A stretch of 64,000 nucleotides of DNA from Lepidodermella squamata (lineage: Eukaryota > Animalia > Gastrotricha): positions 682,001 through 746,000 of the forward strand of contig JBLDXI010000010.1 in the NCBI GenBank assembly GCA_047495785.1, in the 5' to 3' direction. This document shows positions 1-9,898 of this stretch, one piece after another. Each line of letters opens with the position of its first letter. Positions within the stretch are counted from its first letter, which is position 1. Below the pieces are notes generated by a model. The model did not search any database. It saw only the letters and a list, made by a program, of their open reading frames with translations, and was not told the origin of the DNA. Made by a program: the position numbers and the translations under genes.

Positions 1-110
1 TAGGTAGATAAAGCTTGTATGGCTTGTATATGGTCATCCATTCTCTGATAAGGCCCGTATTTTTGATGAGTTTTAACATTAAAACTACATAGGTCGTGTT
101 AGTGAGGCAG

Positions 111-1550
111 ATGGAGTATGATGAGGATGTGGATGATGACAATTCTCACCTGGAGCAAGCACTTCAATCTCGACATTCAGGCCACGCCGACTGCCCGCTT
201 GCTGACGCGGCCTACTACACAGCCTTAGCCGAGTCCATATCTCAAAATCTGGACGGCGATCCAATTGCTAAAGCGCTTTATCGTGAAATTATTGGCATCC
301 ACCTGTCAGATGTTGTCCACGCTACAGAGAGCGGGCCGTTTTTGTGCAACTCCGCCGTAAAGATTATCGAAAAATTATCACAATCCAACTGTACTTCAGG
401 TATGATTTTCTTCAAAATATCATTTTAAGGAGGATTTTTTCAATTCCTATCCTTAGATGCTGATCTCCATATATTGTTGTGGTGTGCCATATTCAGTCAA
501 CAGGAGGCTGAAAAATTCTCGGCGTTAATTACATCAGTCCGAGGCATTTTGAAGCCATGCGTACTATCATCTAACCTGCTACCTCTAGCCGCTGAACTTC
601 TAAATGTGGAAGCCGTCGAGATCTTACTCCAGAATGGCGCTGATCCTAACGAAGGATCCCTCCTTAAAGCCCTTCACGCTGTTCCGTTTAGTGACCGCTT
701 CAACCAGAAGAACGTGCCACTGAAGCCTCGTCTAACAGAAACTATCCGGCTTCTGCTCGAATACGGTGTTAAACTGAGCGAGAACCGAGACAACAGGCAG
801 AATCCCCCGATTTTTTCAACGATTCGTCTGGCGGCTCATCGGCTTGGCGAGACTGCTGATGTTATCATGGAGGCGGCTGATTTGACGGATTTGAACTTCT
901 ACCCCGAAATCAGCAGTGCTAATCGTTACCAAGCTAGAAGCGTCCTAACATGCGCATTTGCCGCGTTTAAGCAACGATTTTTCGTAAATGCAATTCCACG
1001 GCAGTTTCTTCTGGCTTTTGAGCCAACAAGGTTGACTAGGAAAAGTTCTGTTGCTATCTTACGGCACGTGATTCTACCAGCTTTAAGAGCGGGGGCCAGT
1101 CTTCCATCTGACCCTTTAGACTTTAAGCAGGGAAGGATGCAAGATTGGTTCGATTACTACAGACTCCTTCTCCTTCTGCCGGATAGTGACCCGTCAACCC
1201 GTGAAATGAATGACGACTGGGTCATTTATTACTTCAACTTAGTCCTCGAGGCGAGGATGAGTTCTGCAATTAACATGGCCGCTTTTAGAATCTTCGTCGG
1301 CGCGACGTGTCAACGAATGCGAGATCGCGAGCTTCAGTTTGCGAACAGCGTGATTGCCGGCCGAGTTTTCCCTCGACCGCTTCAAAACCAGTGCCGGACC
1401 AAGATTCTACGCGACTGCCTGCCGTCTGGCGTGAAGCCACGTGCCGCCGCTATCAAATCGCTGCAGCTACCCGGTTGTTTGGCTGACTACTTGGCGTTCG
1501 CCGAGTTTGACTTGCCGCTGAGAAAACTCGATGACGAAGAGCAATCGTGA
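111..1550 (+). CDS. Ankyrin-like / SOCS-box protein (ASB-like E3 ligase adaptor), at least 2 exons
   Basis: Intron 400-456 (GT..AG, 57 nt) joins ORFs 96-428 and 474-1550 in frame. Ankyrin-like LLQNGADPN; C-terminal SOCS box PRPLQNQCRTKI...LQLPGCLADYLAF. The 5' end may have further exons. Confidence 0.7.
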
Positions 1551-1707
1551 AGACGAGTCAATTTTAAATACCACCCGGTGTCACTCTCTTAATACATAGT
1601 TGTTGCGGTGCTCTTTGAACTATAGCATTTATTTATAGAAATTTCGGGTATATTCGTTCATTTATTTAGTTTTCCACGATTGAAAAATAAAGAATTATTT
1701 CTGATGA

Positions 1708-2505
1708 TTATGAGTCATTTTGAAGAGGGATAGATTCGTTAGACTCTGCCTGACTATTTGACCGGGAACTGTCGAATTTCTCGAACTTCTGCCGATCCAA
1801 AGCGATTCGAGGCATGTAGAACTGGACTCGCCGAAATTCATAAGCGTTCAACGCGAAGTACACATCGACTAAAGCCATCATTGTCCATTCGCAGATTGCT
1901 GATACGATATGGTAGTGCCATCCACCGTCTTTACGCTGCCAGTGGTATTGGCTCCTTCCACGAAATGCATTGTTGGCAAGGTAGCCGAGCACGCTGGTTG
2001 AAATCAGAGCCGCAGTGTATGCCAGCAGGGTGATTAATCGGGATGATGAAATAAAATTCGGCGAAAAGGTCTTTGTCGAAAAAGATAATATAGTATCGAC
2101 TATCATGTAGATGAATGCGAAGGCCAGAGCTCCATATGCCCCCATAACGTGGACCAAGTTAGCATTGGTCGACTGGAAATTTGAGGTAACTGACAAGCTG
2201 AGAGCCAACATGGCTCCTAAGATGAGATTCGCGAAATTCAGCCGCTCGAGGTGGCTTGATAGCTTCGAGCTTAGAATGTATTGTTCAACAAGGAGGTATC
2301 GAAAATAAGTAACCACGCCGAGTAAAACAGCAGTTATGTTCATCAGCTGGGCGAAAATGCAGCTTTCAGGCGCGAACGTTCCAACGTCAGAGATGTAGGG
2401 GAAGAGGAAGCTGGTATGGCCCCACATTGTCGACATCAAATAGGTAACAATAACAGTCACCGGCAGCAGTAAAACTCCTGCCACGAGTATCAAAATCAGC
2501 AACAT
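1708..2505 (-). CDS. DRAM/TMEM150 (Frag1/DRAM/Sfk1) family 6-TM protein, copy 5
   Basis: FPYISDVGTFAPESCIF, SNFQ, H..GA and SAICEW motifs; hydrophobic helices; intronless. Confidence 0.9.
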   Translation of the reverse strand: MLLILILVAGVLLLPVTVIVTYLMSTMWGHTSFLFPYISDVGTFAPESCIFAQLMNITAVLLGVVTYFRYLLVEQYILSSKLSSHLERLNFANLILGAMLALSLSVTSNFQSTNANLVHVMGAYGALAFAFIYMIVDTILSFSTKTFSPNFISSSRLITLLAYTAALISTSVLGYLANNAFRGRSQYHWQRKDGGWHYHIVSAICEWTMMALVDVYFALNAYEFRRVQFYMPRIALDRQKFEKFDSSRSNSQAESNESIPLQNDS

Positions 2506-3014
2506 ATCAAGATTTAAACTCTAAATTTGTGGTTGGCAAATGTGTAGTAATGCTGCGCCTTATAAACGACATGCCGTGAATAATAACTGCTATGTGTTTT
2601 CATGCCTCATGCTTTTCATCATAATGGTGGCAGCGATCTTATGCTCTTTTATTTGCATGAGCTGTTTTTTATCCTACCTCGCTGCGTATTGAGTATTGGC
2701 TAAATTTACAATGGGCGAAAATGTATGATTATTCGCTTTTGCAGGTGATTCAGCTCCTAGGTATGAGTAGTCAATTGTAGTTTAATTGAAAATTAACGAT
2801 GAACAAAAACTAGGTAGGGTGACTGTATAGAGGCAGATTTTGCATAGGTGATAATTTGTTCTCGGTAAATAATAGATCAAGAGATGTTATCTCGGGTTTG
2901 CTCTTTTTTATGCGTTCCGTGTGTTTGCAGAGAGAGCAATCATAAAAAAAGTGCGGTGAAATAGATCATGGTACTGCCGTTCCTTGCGAACATAAAACAC
3001 GATGAAGCGCTAGC

Positions 3015-4139
3015 ACGCGGTGTTTATTTTTGAACCATTTGGTATATACGGGCTGTCCGAAAATTATTAGGGGATTACGCCATGGCTACTCTATGGCTAC
3101 TATATGGAAGTAATTCTACTCCTACATGCGCACTATCTGGAGCCACTTTTTCGGGTGTTAAGGAGGCATAACCCTGTGAAAATAGCATAAACTTTGGAAT
3201 AAAAATTCCATCTTTAAAAAGCTTATTGCAGCCATATAGAAACTCAATTTCCCAATGGCAAAGTTTTACCATGCGCATATAGGAATAATAATATAGTATA
3301 GTGCATTCTTATGTCGCAATAAAAAAAATCGATAATCATGTTTTTTTCATTGATCGGGATACATATAGTAATAGTATGACTGCGAGTAAGACAGAAGCAG
3401 CCAAACAGAGCACTACGTAGTGCGCATGCGGGAAATAAATAAATATTCTCAAGGGCGACCATATATTATTATCAAAAAATCTTTGCGTGATTTTTTTCTT
3501 GTGATAATTTGTAAGATGACAGAGTAGGAGTTTCGAGAGCTTCCAAGCAAGTCTTTATTTTACCAAATCCGTGAAGGATAAATAGAGTAGGCTTTCAGCT
3601 ATCATGGATCGAAGACTTGCAGCTTGCTCTGATGCCCTAACCAGTGAGAGCAAATCCGCTCTTTGGAGGATAAATTCAAAAGCTCCTCACATGTATAGCA
3701 TAAGATTATTCATGCTACATCAGGAGTAAATTGGGCGAGCCTAGCATTTTGGTGCGATAGAAAAAAATCATACATATCAGGGTAGTACAAATGAAAATGC
3801 ACCGGTGTGATATTGAAATCCTAATCGTGCACCGTGCCGTTAGATCATTCCATGAGTACTGTAAGCGTGAACATTTTCGCAAGAGAAAATGGCCCTCGCG
3901 AAATTTTGGAGTCGCGAAAATTATACACAAAGCCAAAACTTCTTCATTAGGTAAATCTTCAAGTTCCTCACAAAATTGACGAAGCCATTGCTTCTTTTTT
4001 CACCAACACCTCGGCCAAAAGCTCTCTTCCTCAGGTGAAGAAGGCTCAGTTGCAATTTCAGGCCAACTCCATAGCATGTTAATCACTATATAGGGTAAAT
4101 GGCGGGTAGAAATTAAAAACGCGGTGTTTATTTTTGAAC
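3015..4139. repeat. 21-bp direct repeat bracketing a ~1.1 kb spacer in the DRAM array (possible insertion scar)
   Basis: ACGCGGTGTTTATTTTTGAAC at 3015-3035 and 4119-4139. Confidence 0.6.
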
Positions 4140-4158
4140 GGTTTTGTACAATGTATAT

Positions 4159-4989
4159 TTATTGCATTGGAATCAATTGATTGTCCAAAGCTCGAAAGCG
4201 CACTTCATTGCCATTTATTGCGGTTTCGTTACTGCTTGATCTGAGTTGCCTAACCTCATAGCAGCAGAGGTCATCCTCGAATTTCATATCAGGCGCGAAA
4301 ACATGACTATCGCCGAATTCTTTGAAGTAAGAAACAAGATAGCCAATAACTAGGAATCCCATTATCCACTCGGAGAAAGTACTAGCAAGATGCATCTCCC
4401 AGCCTCCATCACTTGGCTGCCATTTCCTAGCATTCCGGCCGGTGAAATCAGCGTAAGCAACTCGAGCTGTTACAGTGGTTGTCAAGAAGGCGATTGTGAA
4501 ATTGATTGCGATGAAAAGCCGTGAAAGCACCAGCCAACGAGGTACGACCATTGGCGAGGATCTATAAGAGACGTAGACATCGCAAAACATGAAAATCACC
4601 GGTAGGAAAAAGGCGAGATATGCGCCAAGGTAATGCATTTTCGGCACATTTGTCTCCTGGAAATTGCCAACAATCGAAATACCGAATGCTGCGATGGATC
4701 CTGTAACCAAGCTAGCAACGCTGCATCTGCGAACGTGCTTAGTTAAATCGTAGATTTTTATAATTTCTTGAACTTGTAAGTAACGTAGATAGACAACGTA
4801 GAAGAACAATGCGGCTGCTAAGTTGAAAAATAGGCTGAAAATACAGCTTTCTGGTATCGTTGTTCCGGTATCTGAGATGAAAGGAAAAAATGCTGATACA
4901 TGGCCTATTGTCGTGGAGATGATGTAGGAAGTAAGAATGGCGATTGGAAACAAGATCGCCAACGCTGTCAGAAAATGGACCATAAGCAT
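4159..4989 (-). CDS. DRAM/TMEM150 family protein, copy 4
   Basis: FPFISDTGTTIPESCIF, VGNFQETN, HYLGA, STFSEW; first ATG at 4989. Confidence 0.9.
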   Translation of the reverse strand: MLMVHFLTALAILFPIAILTSYIISTTIGHVSAFFPFISDTGTTIPESCIFSLFFNLAAALFFYVVYLRYLQVQEIIKIYDLTKHVRRCSVASLVTGSIAAFGISIVGNFQETNVPKMHYLGAYLAFFLPVIFMFCDVYVSYRSSPMVVPRWLVLSRLFIAINFTIAFLTTTVTARVAYADFTGRNARKWQPSDGGWEMHLASTFSEWIMGFLVIGYLVSYFKEFGDSHVFAPDMKFEDDLCCYEVRQLRSSSNETAINGNEVRFRALDNQLIPMQ

Positions 4990-5173
4990 TTTTAGTGACT
5001 TAGACAATAAAATGTTCCGCTATTAGGACTAGCTGTGAACTAGGATTTATCGTAATTATCGCGACTGGTTTCTTATCTCTACATACAGGGTGTGAAACAT
5101 GAAAACAAAGCGTGACAAAGCGACCTTTATTGGAATCTCAATGTATTCGTTTACAATGAACCATAAGGCTAGT

Positions 5174-6001
5174 TTAAGTTGAACGGTATTGTTCAGCCAG
5201 GGTTCTGTATCTCATTTGATTGTTGTTGTTCTCGTTGGCATTACTATTTGATCGCAACTGTTTTCCTTCATCGCAGCACAGGGTTTCCTCAATCTTGACA
5301 TCGGGCGTGAAAACATGGCTGTCACTGAATTCTCGATAGTAGGATACAACATAGCCAATGACTAGGAAGCCCATAATCCATTCGGAGAAAGTGCTAGTCA
5401 GATGAATGTCCCAACCGCCATCACTCGGTTGCCACAGACGAGGATTGGCTCCGTCAAATTCGTTGTAGGCCACTTGACCAGTTATGGTAGTTAAAAAGAA
5501 CGCAATCGTGAAATTTATCGCGATCAGCAGTCTACCGTAGGCCAACCATCTCGGTATAACGAGCGGTGAAGTTCGGAAAGAAATGAATACGTCGCAAAAC
5601 ATGAAAATTATCGGGAAGAAAAAGGCTAGGTAGGCGCCAAAGTAATGCATTTTTGGCACATTCGTCTCCTGGAAATTCCCGACAATTGATATGCCGAAAG
5701 ATGCGATTGACCCTGTGACGAAAGCAGCAATGCTACATCGGTCGACTGAACGTGTTAAATCGTAGGATTTGATCAGCTCCTGCACTTGAAGATATCGCAA
5801 ATAGATGATGTAGAAAAATAAAACAGCGGATAGGTTGAAGAAAAGGCTGAAAATACAGCTCTCTGGAACATAAGCGCCTGTATCAGATATGAATGGGAAT
5901 AATGCTGAAATGTGGCCACTTGTTGTTGCGATCGTATAGTCTGTGAGTATCGCCACTGGGAACAGAATCGCCAGGGCCACTAGGAAGTATAGCATCAACA
6001 T
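5174..6001 (-). CDS. DRAM/TMEM150 family protein, copy 3 (closest to copy 4)
   Basis: FPFISDTGAYVPESCIF, VGNFQETNVPKMH, STFSEW. Confidence 0.9.
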   Translation of the reverse strand: MLMLYFLVALAILFPVAILTDYTIATTSGHISALFPFISDTGAYVPESCIFSLFFNLSAVLFFYIIYLRYLQVQELIKSYDLTRSVDRCSIAAFVTGSIASFGISIVGNFQETNVPKMHYFGAYLAFFFPIIFMFCDVFISFRTSPLVIPRWLAYGRLLIAINFTIAFFLTTITGQVAYNEFDGANPRLWQPSDGGWDIHLTSTFSEWIMGFLVIGYVVSYYREFSDSHVFTPDVKIEETLCCDEGKQLRSNSNANENNNNQMRYRTLAEQYRST

Positions 6002-6178
6002 TTTCGTGAGCTAGTCTTGAAAGTTTCCTAATGTTATCTGAACCTCGAGCTCGCGGCTTTTTTCGCGTGGGTTTATCACCTTAACGACACTCCCTGTTAT
6101 CAAATATCAAGAGAAGGCTCGTTTTTTGTAGTTCAAAAATGCAAGATAAAAATCGATGATATCATAATTTATTTTGAT

Positions 6179-6994
6179 TCAAGCTTGTTCGATCTTTAAA
6201 GCTCTTCTATTGGCAGTATTAGCGGTAGTAGCTTCACTGCTTTCCGACAGAACCGGGGCGCTGTTTTTTGATACAAGGCCAGGTCCTAATTTGACCTTAG
6301 GTGCGAAAATGTGAGTCTGGGAGAACTCTCGGTAGAACGAAAGGATGTAAAATAGAACCATGATGCCTAAGGCCCATTCACAAGCTGCGCTTGAGACGTG
6401 CATCTCCCAACCTCCGTCAGCCGGGCGCCAGAACAGCTTAGTTTCCCCATCGAATTGAGCTCCGCCGATGTTTGCAAATGTGATCATCAAAACGAAGGTT
6501 AAAACATAGAATGGGATAAGAATTATTCTGAAAAACACCATCCATCTCGGTGTGATTACAGGTGAAGTTCGGCTAGCTATAACTGCGTCACTGATGAAGA
6601 AAATAATCGGTAGGCCGAACGCCATGAAGGCTCCTAGAAAATGGATTGCTAAAACGCTTGTTTCTTGAAAATTGGCGACAATTGAAATTCCTAGAGACGC
6701 CAGCCATCCAGTCCACAAGCAAATTTTATTAGCTCGCTCGAGGCCTTCGATATCGAACGTTTTAGAATAGGCGTGGACTTGAAGGTGGCGGAAGTAGATG
6801 ATTAGACTGAACAAGAATGCCGTCATGTTCAGCATCTGTCCGAAGACACAACTTTCCGGGACTATGGTGCCTGTGTCTGAGATGTATGGGAAATCTGCTG
6901 GTACGTGATGCGCTAGCGTTGCCATCAGGTATGATGTCAACAGGGTGAGCGGGAACAGCACCACCAGCGCGACCAGGTAATGAATTGCCAGCAT
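6179..6994 (-). CDS. DRAM/TMEM150 family protein, copy 2
   Basis: FPYISDTGTIVPESCVFGQMLN, VANFQET, HFLGA, SAACEW. Confidence 0.9.
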   Translation of the reverse strand: MLAIHYLVALVVLFPLTLLTSYLMATLAHHVPADFPYISDTGTIVPESCVFGQMLNMTAFLFSLIIYFRHLQVHAYSKTFDIEGLERANKICLWTGWLASLGISIVANFQETSVLAIHFLGAFMAFGLPIIFFISDAVIASRTSPVITPRWMVFFRIILIPFYVLTFVLMITFANIGGAQFDGETKLFWRPADGGWEMHVSSAACEWALGIMVLFYILSFYREFSQTHIFAPKVKLGPGLVSKNSAPVLSESSEATTANTANRRALKIEQA

Positions 6995-7201
6995 TGTAAT
7001 AGCCTAAATGTAATTAATCTCTACTTTTAATTTTCTTCTCTTGAAGAACGGAATAAAAAAACTGCCGCAGAAAGATAAGGATTTCCTTACCATGTAAAAC
7101 GATAAGGCCTTTTTTGCACCACCCCCAGGCCAATTACAAAATCCACCCACTGACCGCTGTACATTCATCGCCTAATTTTATTAGTTCATATCATGAGGTC
7201 A

Positions 7202-7993
7202 TCAAAGTTTGTATTCAAAATCGTTCTCATGTGTGACAGGATTTCTTCTAAATTTCGATGCGTCTAATACGACCTTGGGATGGAATTTGGCTGAAGGCTC
7301 GAATACATGTGAATGTAGGAACTCCTTGTAATAGGACAAGAGGTAGAATATGAGCAGAATTCCCATTGCCCATTCAAAGGTTGCGCTCGTAACATGAAAA
7401 CCCCAGCCGGCGTCTTTTTGAGTCCAATATTGAGGATTCGATCCGTCGTATTGGTTGCTCGCGATTGATGTCATAAGAAATGTCCCCAAGAAGGAAATAA
7501 TGTAACAAATTGTGATCAAAGTTCTCATCAAGGCAGCAGCTTTCGAGTTGAAGATGGAAACCAGCTTGAATGAAATCCCAAGGTCGCAAATCATGTATAT
7601 TATCGGGGATAAAAAGGCGAGTAATGCTCCGAGCATATGCATCAGGAAAACATTTGTCACCTGAAAATTAGCCACTATAGACATGCCGAAAGCCGAGATC
7701 CAACCGGATAGTAAACATGTCACGCTGAACGAATTCAATCTGCAAATTTCAGGGTGCTGTTTCGCATATTCTTGAACTTGAAGGTATCGAAAGTAGACTA
7801 TAAAGCCGAAGATAACCGCCGATAGATTCAAAAGCTGGCCAAAGATGCAGCTTTCAGGTACTATTGTTCCTGTTTCTGATATGAATGGGAATGCAGCTTC
7901 CGTATGCTCCAGAAAAACTGCGATCAAATAGGAAATGAGAACAGTGACTGGGAACAGCACTGTTATAGCTAATAGGTAGTAAATCATCAACAT
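7202..7993 (-). CDS. DRAM/TMEM150 family protein, copy 1
   Basis: FPFISETGTIVPESCIFGQLLN, VANFQ, HMLGA, SATFEW. Confidence 0.9.
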   Translation of the reverse strand: MLMIYYLLAITVLFPVTVLISYLIAVFLEHTEAAFPFISETGTIVPESCIFGQLLNLSAVIFGFIVYFRYLQVQEYAKQHPEICRLNSFSVTCLLSGWISAFGMSIVANFQVTNVFLMHMLGALLAFLSPIIYMICDLGISFKLVSIFNSKAAALMRTLITICYIISFLGTFLMTSIASNQYDGSNPQYWTQKDAGWGFHVTSATFEWAMGILLIFYLLSYYKEFLHSHVFEPSAKFHPKVVLDASKFRRNPVTHENDFEYKL

Positions 7994-8063
7994 TTTTGTT
8001 TTATTATATTATCTTAAAACTAGCCGTAATGGATCACAAATCTAGTATGTAGTTACAAGCCGG

Positions 8064-8081
8064 CTGATAAGCGCTTATCAG
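8064..8081. promoter_or_regulatory. Palindromic double GATA site upstream of DRAM copy 1
   Basis: Perfect 18-bp palindrome CTGATAAGCGCTTATCAG about 70 bp upstream of ATG 7993. Confidence 0.45.
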
Positions 8082-8104
8082 TCAGTCCGAGGGCGGATTT
8101 TGGC

Positions 8105-9588
8105 CTAGAATGCTGCAGTTTCTTCGAAAAGTGCGGCAAATGTTTTCGAGGCATTGATATAATTCCGCCGTGAAATCTTTTCCCGATTCGAATGTGGGCC
8201 GTCGTTACTTTGTCCAACTGGGAGCATAATGACAGATTTGCCAGTTAGGTTTTCGAAGGTTAGTGCCGCGGGCATGGTACCTCCTTCGCGCGTCATATCA
8301 GGCTCTACGCCCCAGACTCGTTTCGTAGCTTTTCTCGCGACTTGATAGCTCAGTCCATTTATATCTGCAAACCATGGCGGGACAGCAGTTAAAACTGTCA
8401 ATTCATGCTTGTTGGGCGTTTTTCGGTCTCTCAAGACATTTTCAACATGCTCACGAACTAAACGCTCGATTTCTTCAGGTTTCTGATTCGGAACTAGCCG
8501 CAGAGAGAATTTTCCAGTGACGCGATGGGGTATTACAGTTTTCACCCCGCCCTCTGAGAAATCACCTTCGATGCCATGGACGGATAATGCGGGAACTCTC
8601 CATCGTTGTTGGAGCAGTTTCTTCTTATCCAACTGGCACTGCTTTAGTAGCTCCTTCGCTCCGGTTTCTTGCTTCCAGTAATGCTGAGGATCGAATTGTA
8701 TCGAGTCGTACAACATGTCCTCTTCGCTGGTTAGAGGTGCAACTAGCTCATTCACGCCCTTGATCAGAATTTTGCCGTTTGAATCGACGAGGGAGTTGAA
8801 GATGGCTGATAGATCCCACATTGCCTCGTTAACTGCGCCGCCATACAACCCTGAATGAAGATCCCTGAAACGAAATGACGTATAAAACTCGGAAATCTAG
8901 AATTTGAATCATACCTTGTGGCGCAAGTTATGGTCAATGCGAAGTAAATCGCTCCTCGAAGACCGTATGTGAGGCATGGCTTTTCAGGGGTTAGCCAATA
9001 GTTGTCGCTAATGCAGACAAAACTTGCGTTCTTGAAGAATTCAGGGCGAGCTTTGATTGCGAGTTCCAAGGTCTCGGATCCTTCCATACAGTCAACGACA
9101 ATCCTCAAATTCACTGGAAGCTCAAGTCCGGCGCTTTTGTATGCAGCTATCGCGTTAATCCAAGCACAGACTGGACCTTTGTCATCTGTGGAGCCACGGC
9201 CGTATAGATTGCCGTCAATCTCAGTCAGCTTGAATGGCTCTGTTAGCCATTGATCGTTTTCCTTCTGGGCAGATTGAACATCCACGTGGCCGAAAACGCA
9301 AATAGTTTTCTTTGAAGTATCATCACCAAATGAGGCAAAAACAGCTGGTGGATAGTCGATTTCTGAACCGTCTGCCAGTTTTTGCTTGCCAGCTGCGTTG
9401 ACCAGTTCGACTTTGCCTCCCAGGTCCCCAAGTTGGCCGGCAACCCATTTGACAATATTCATGCATTCCTCTCGCAGATGGGGAGATCCGCCAACACTTT
9501 GGAAGGAAACAGCTTTCGCCAAACGGGCAATGAAAGCTTCTTGGTCGGCATCGATGCGATCGAAAATTTGACTCAGCCTTGAATCCAT
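8105..9588 (-). CDS. M20A cytosolic non-specific dipeptidase (CNDP2-like), divergent paralogue, 2 exons
   Basis: Intron 8865-8914 (50 nt) gives ..ATR/DLHSGLYGG. Motifs [32 protein letters not shown]. The EE motif is reduced to MEGSE. Confidence 0.88.
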
Positions 9589-9898
9589 GTTTAAAATAGG
9601 AATGTCTTTGAGTTTGAGCGCCGATTTGGAGATTTTTATAGCTGGAGCTCGTCATGTTTGCCGGGGGAATATGTGATAAGTGAAGCCATGATAAAGAGGC
9701 CATAGGACGTACATAGGACTGCAAAAAGTCCTAGGCAACTTAACAGATAATTTTGCATTAAACACGCACGACAGATTTTTCTAGATTAGCCGCCAAGAAA
9801 CGAGGAAAGTGGAACTTTTTATTTATTACCACAAGTCAGAAGTTTGTAAATTTCGCGAAAAACAATTAATTAAATGCCAAGTTTATCTATCCATGTTC

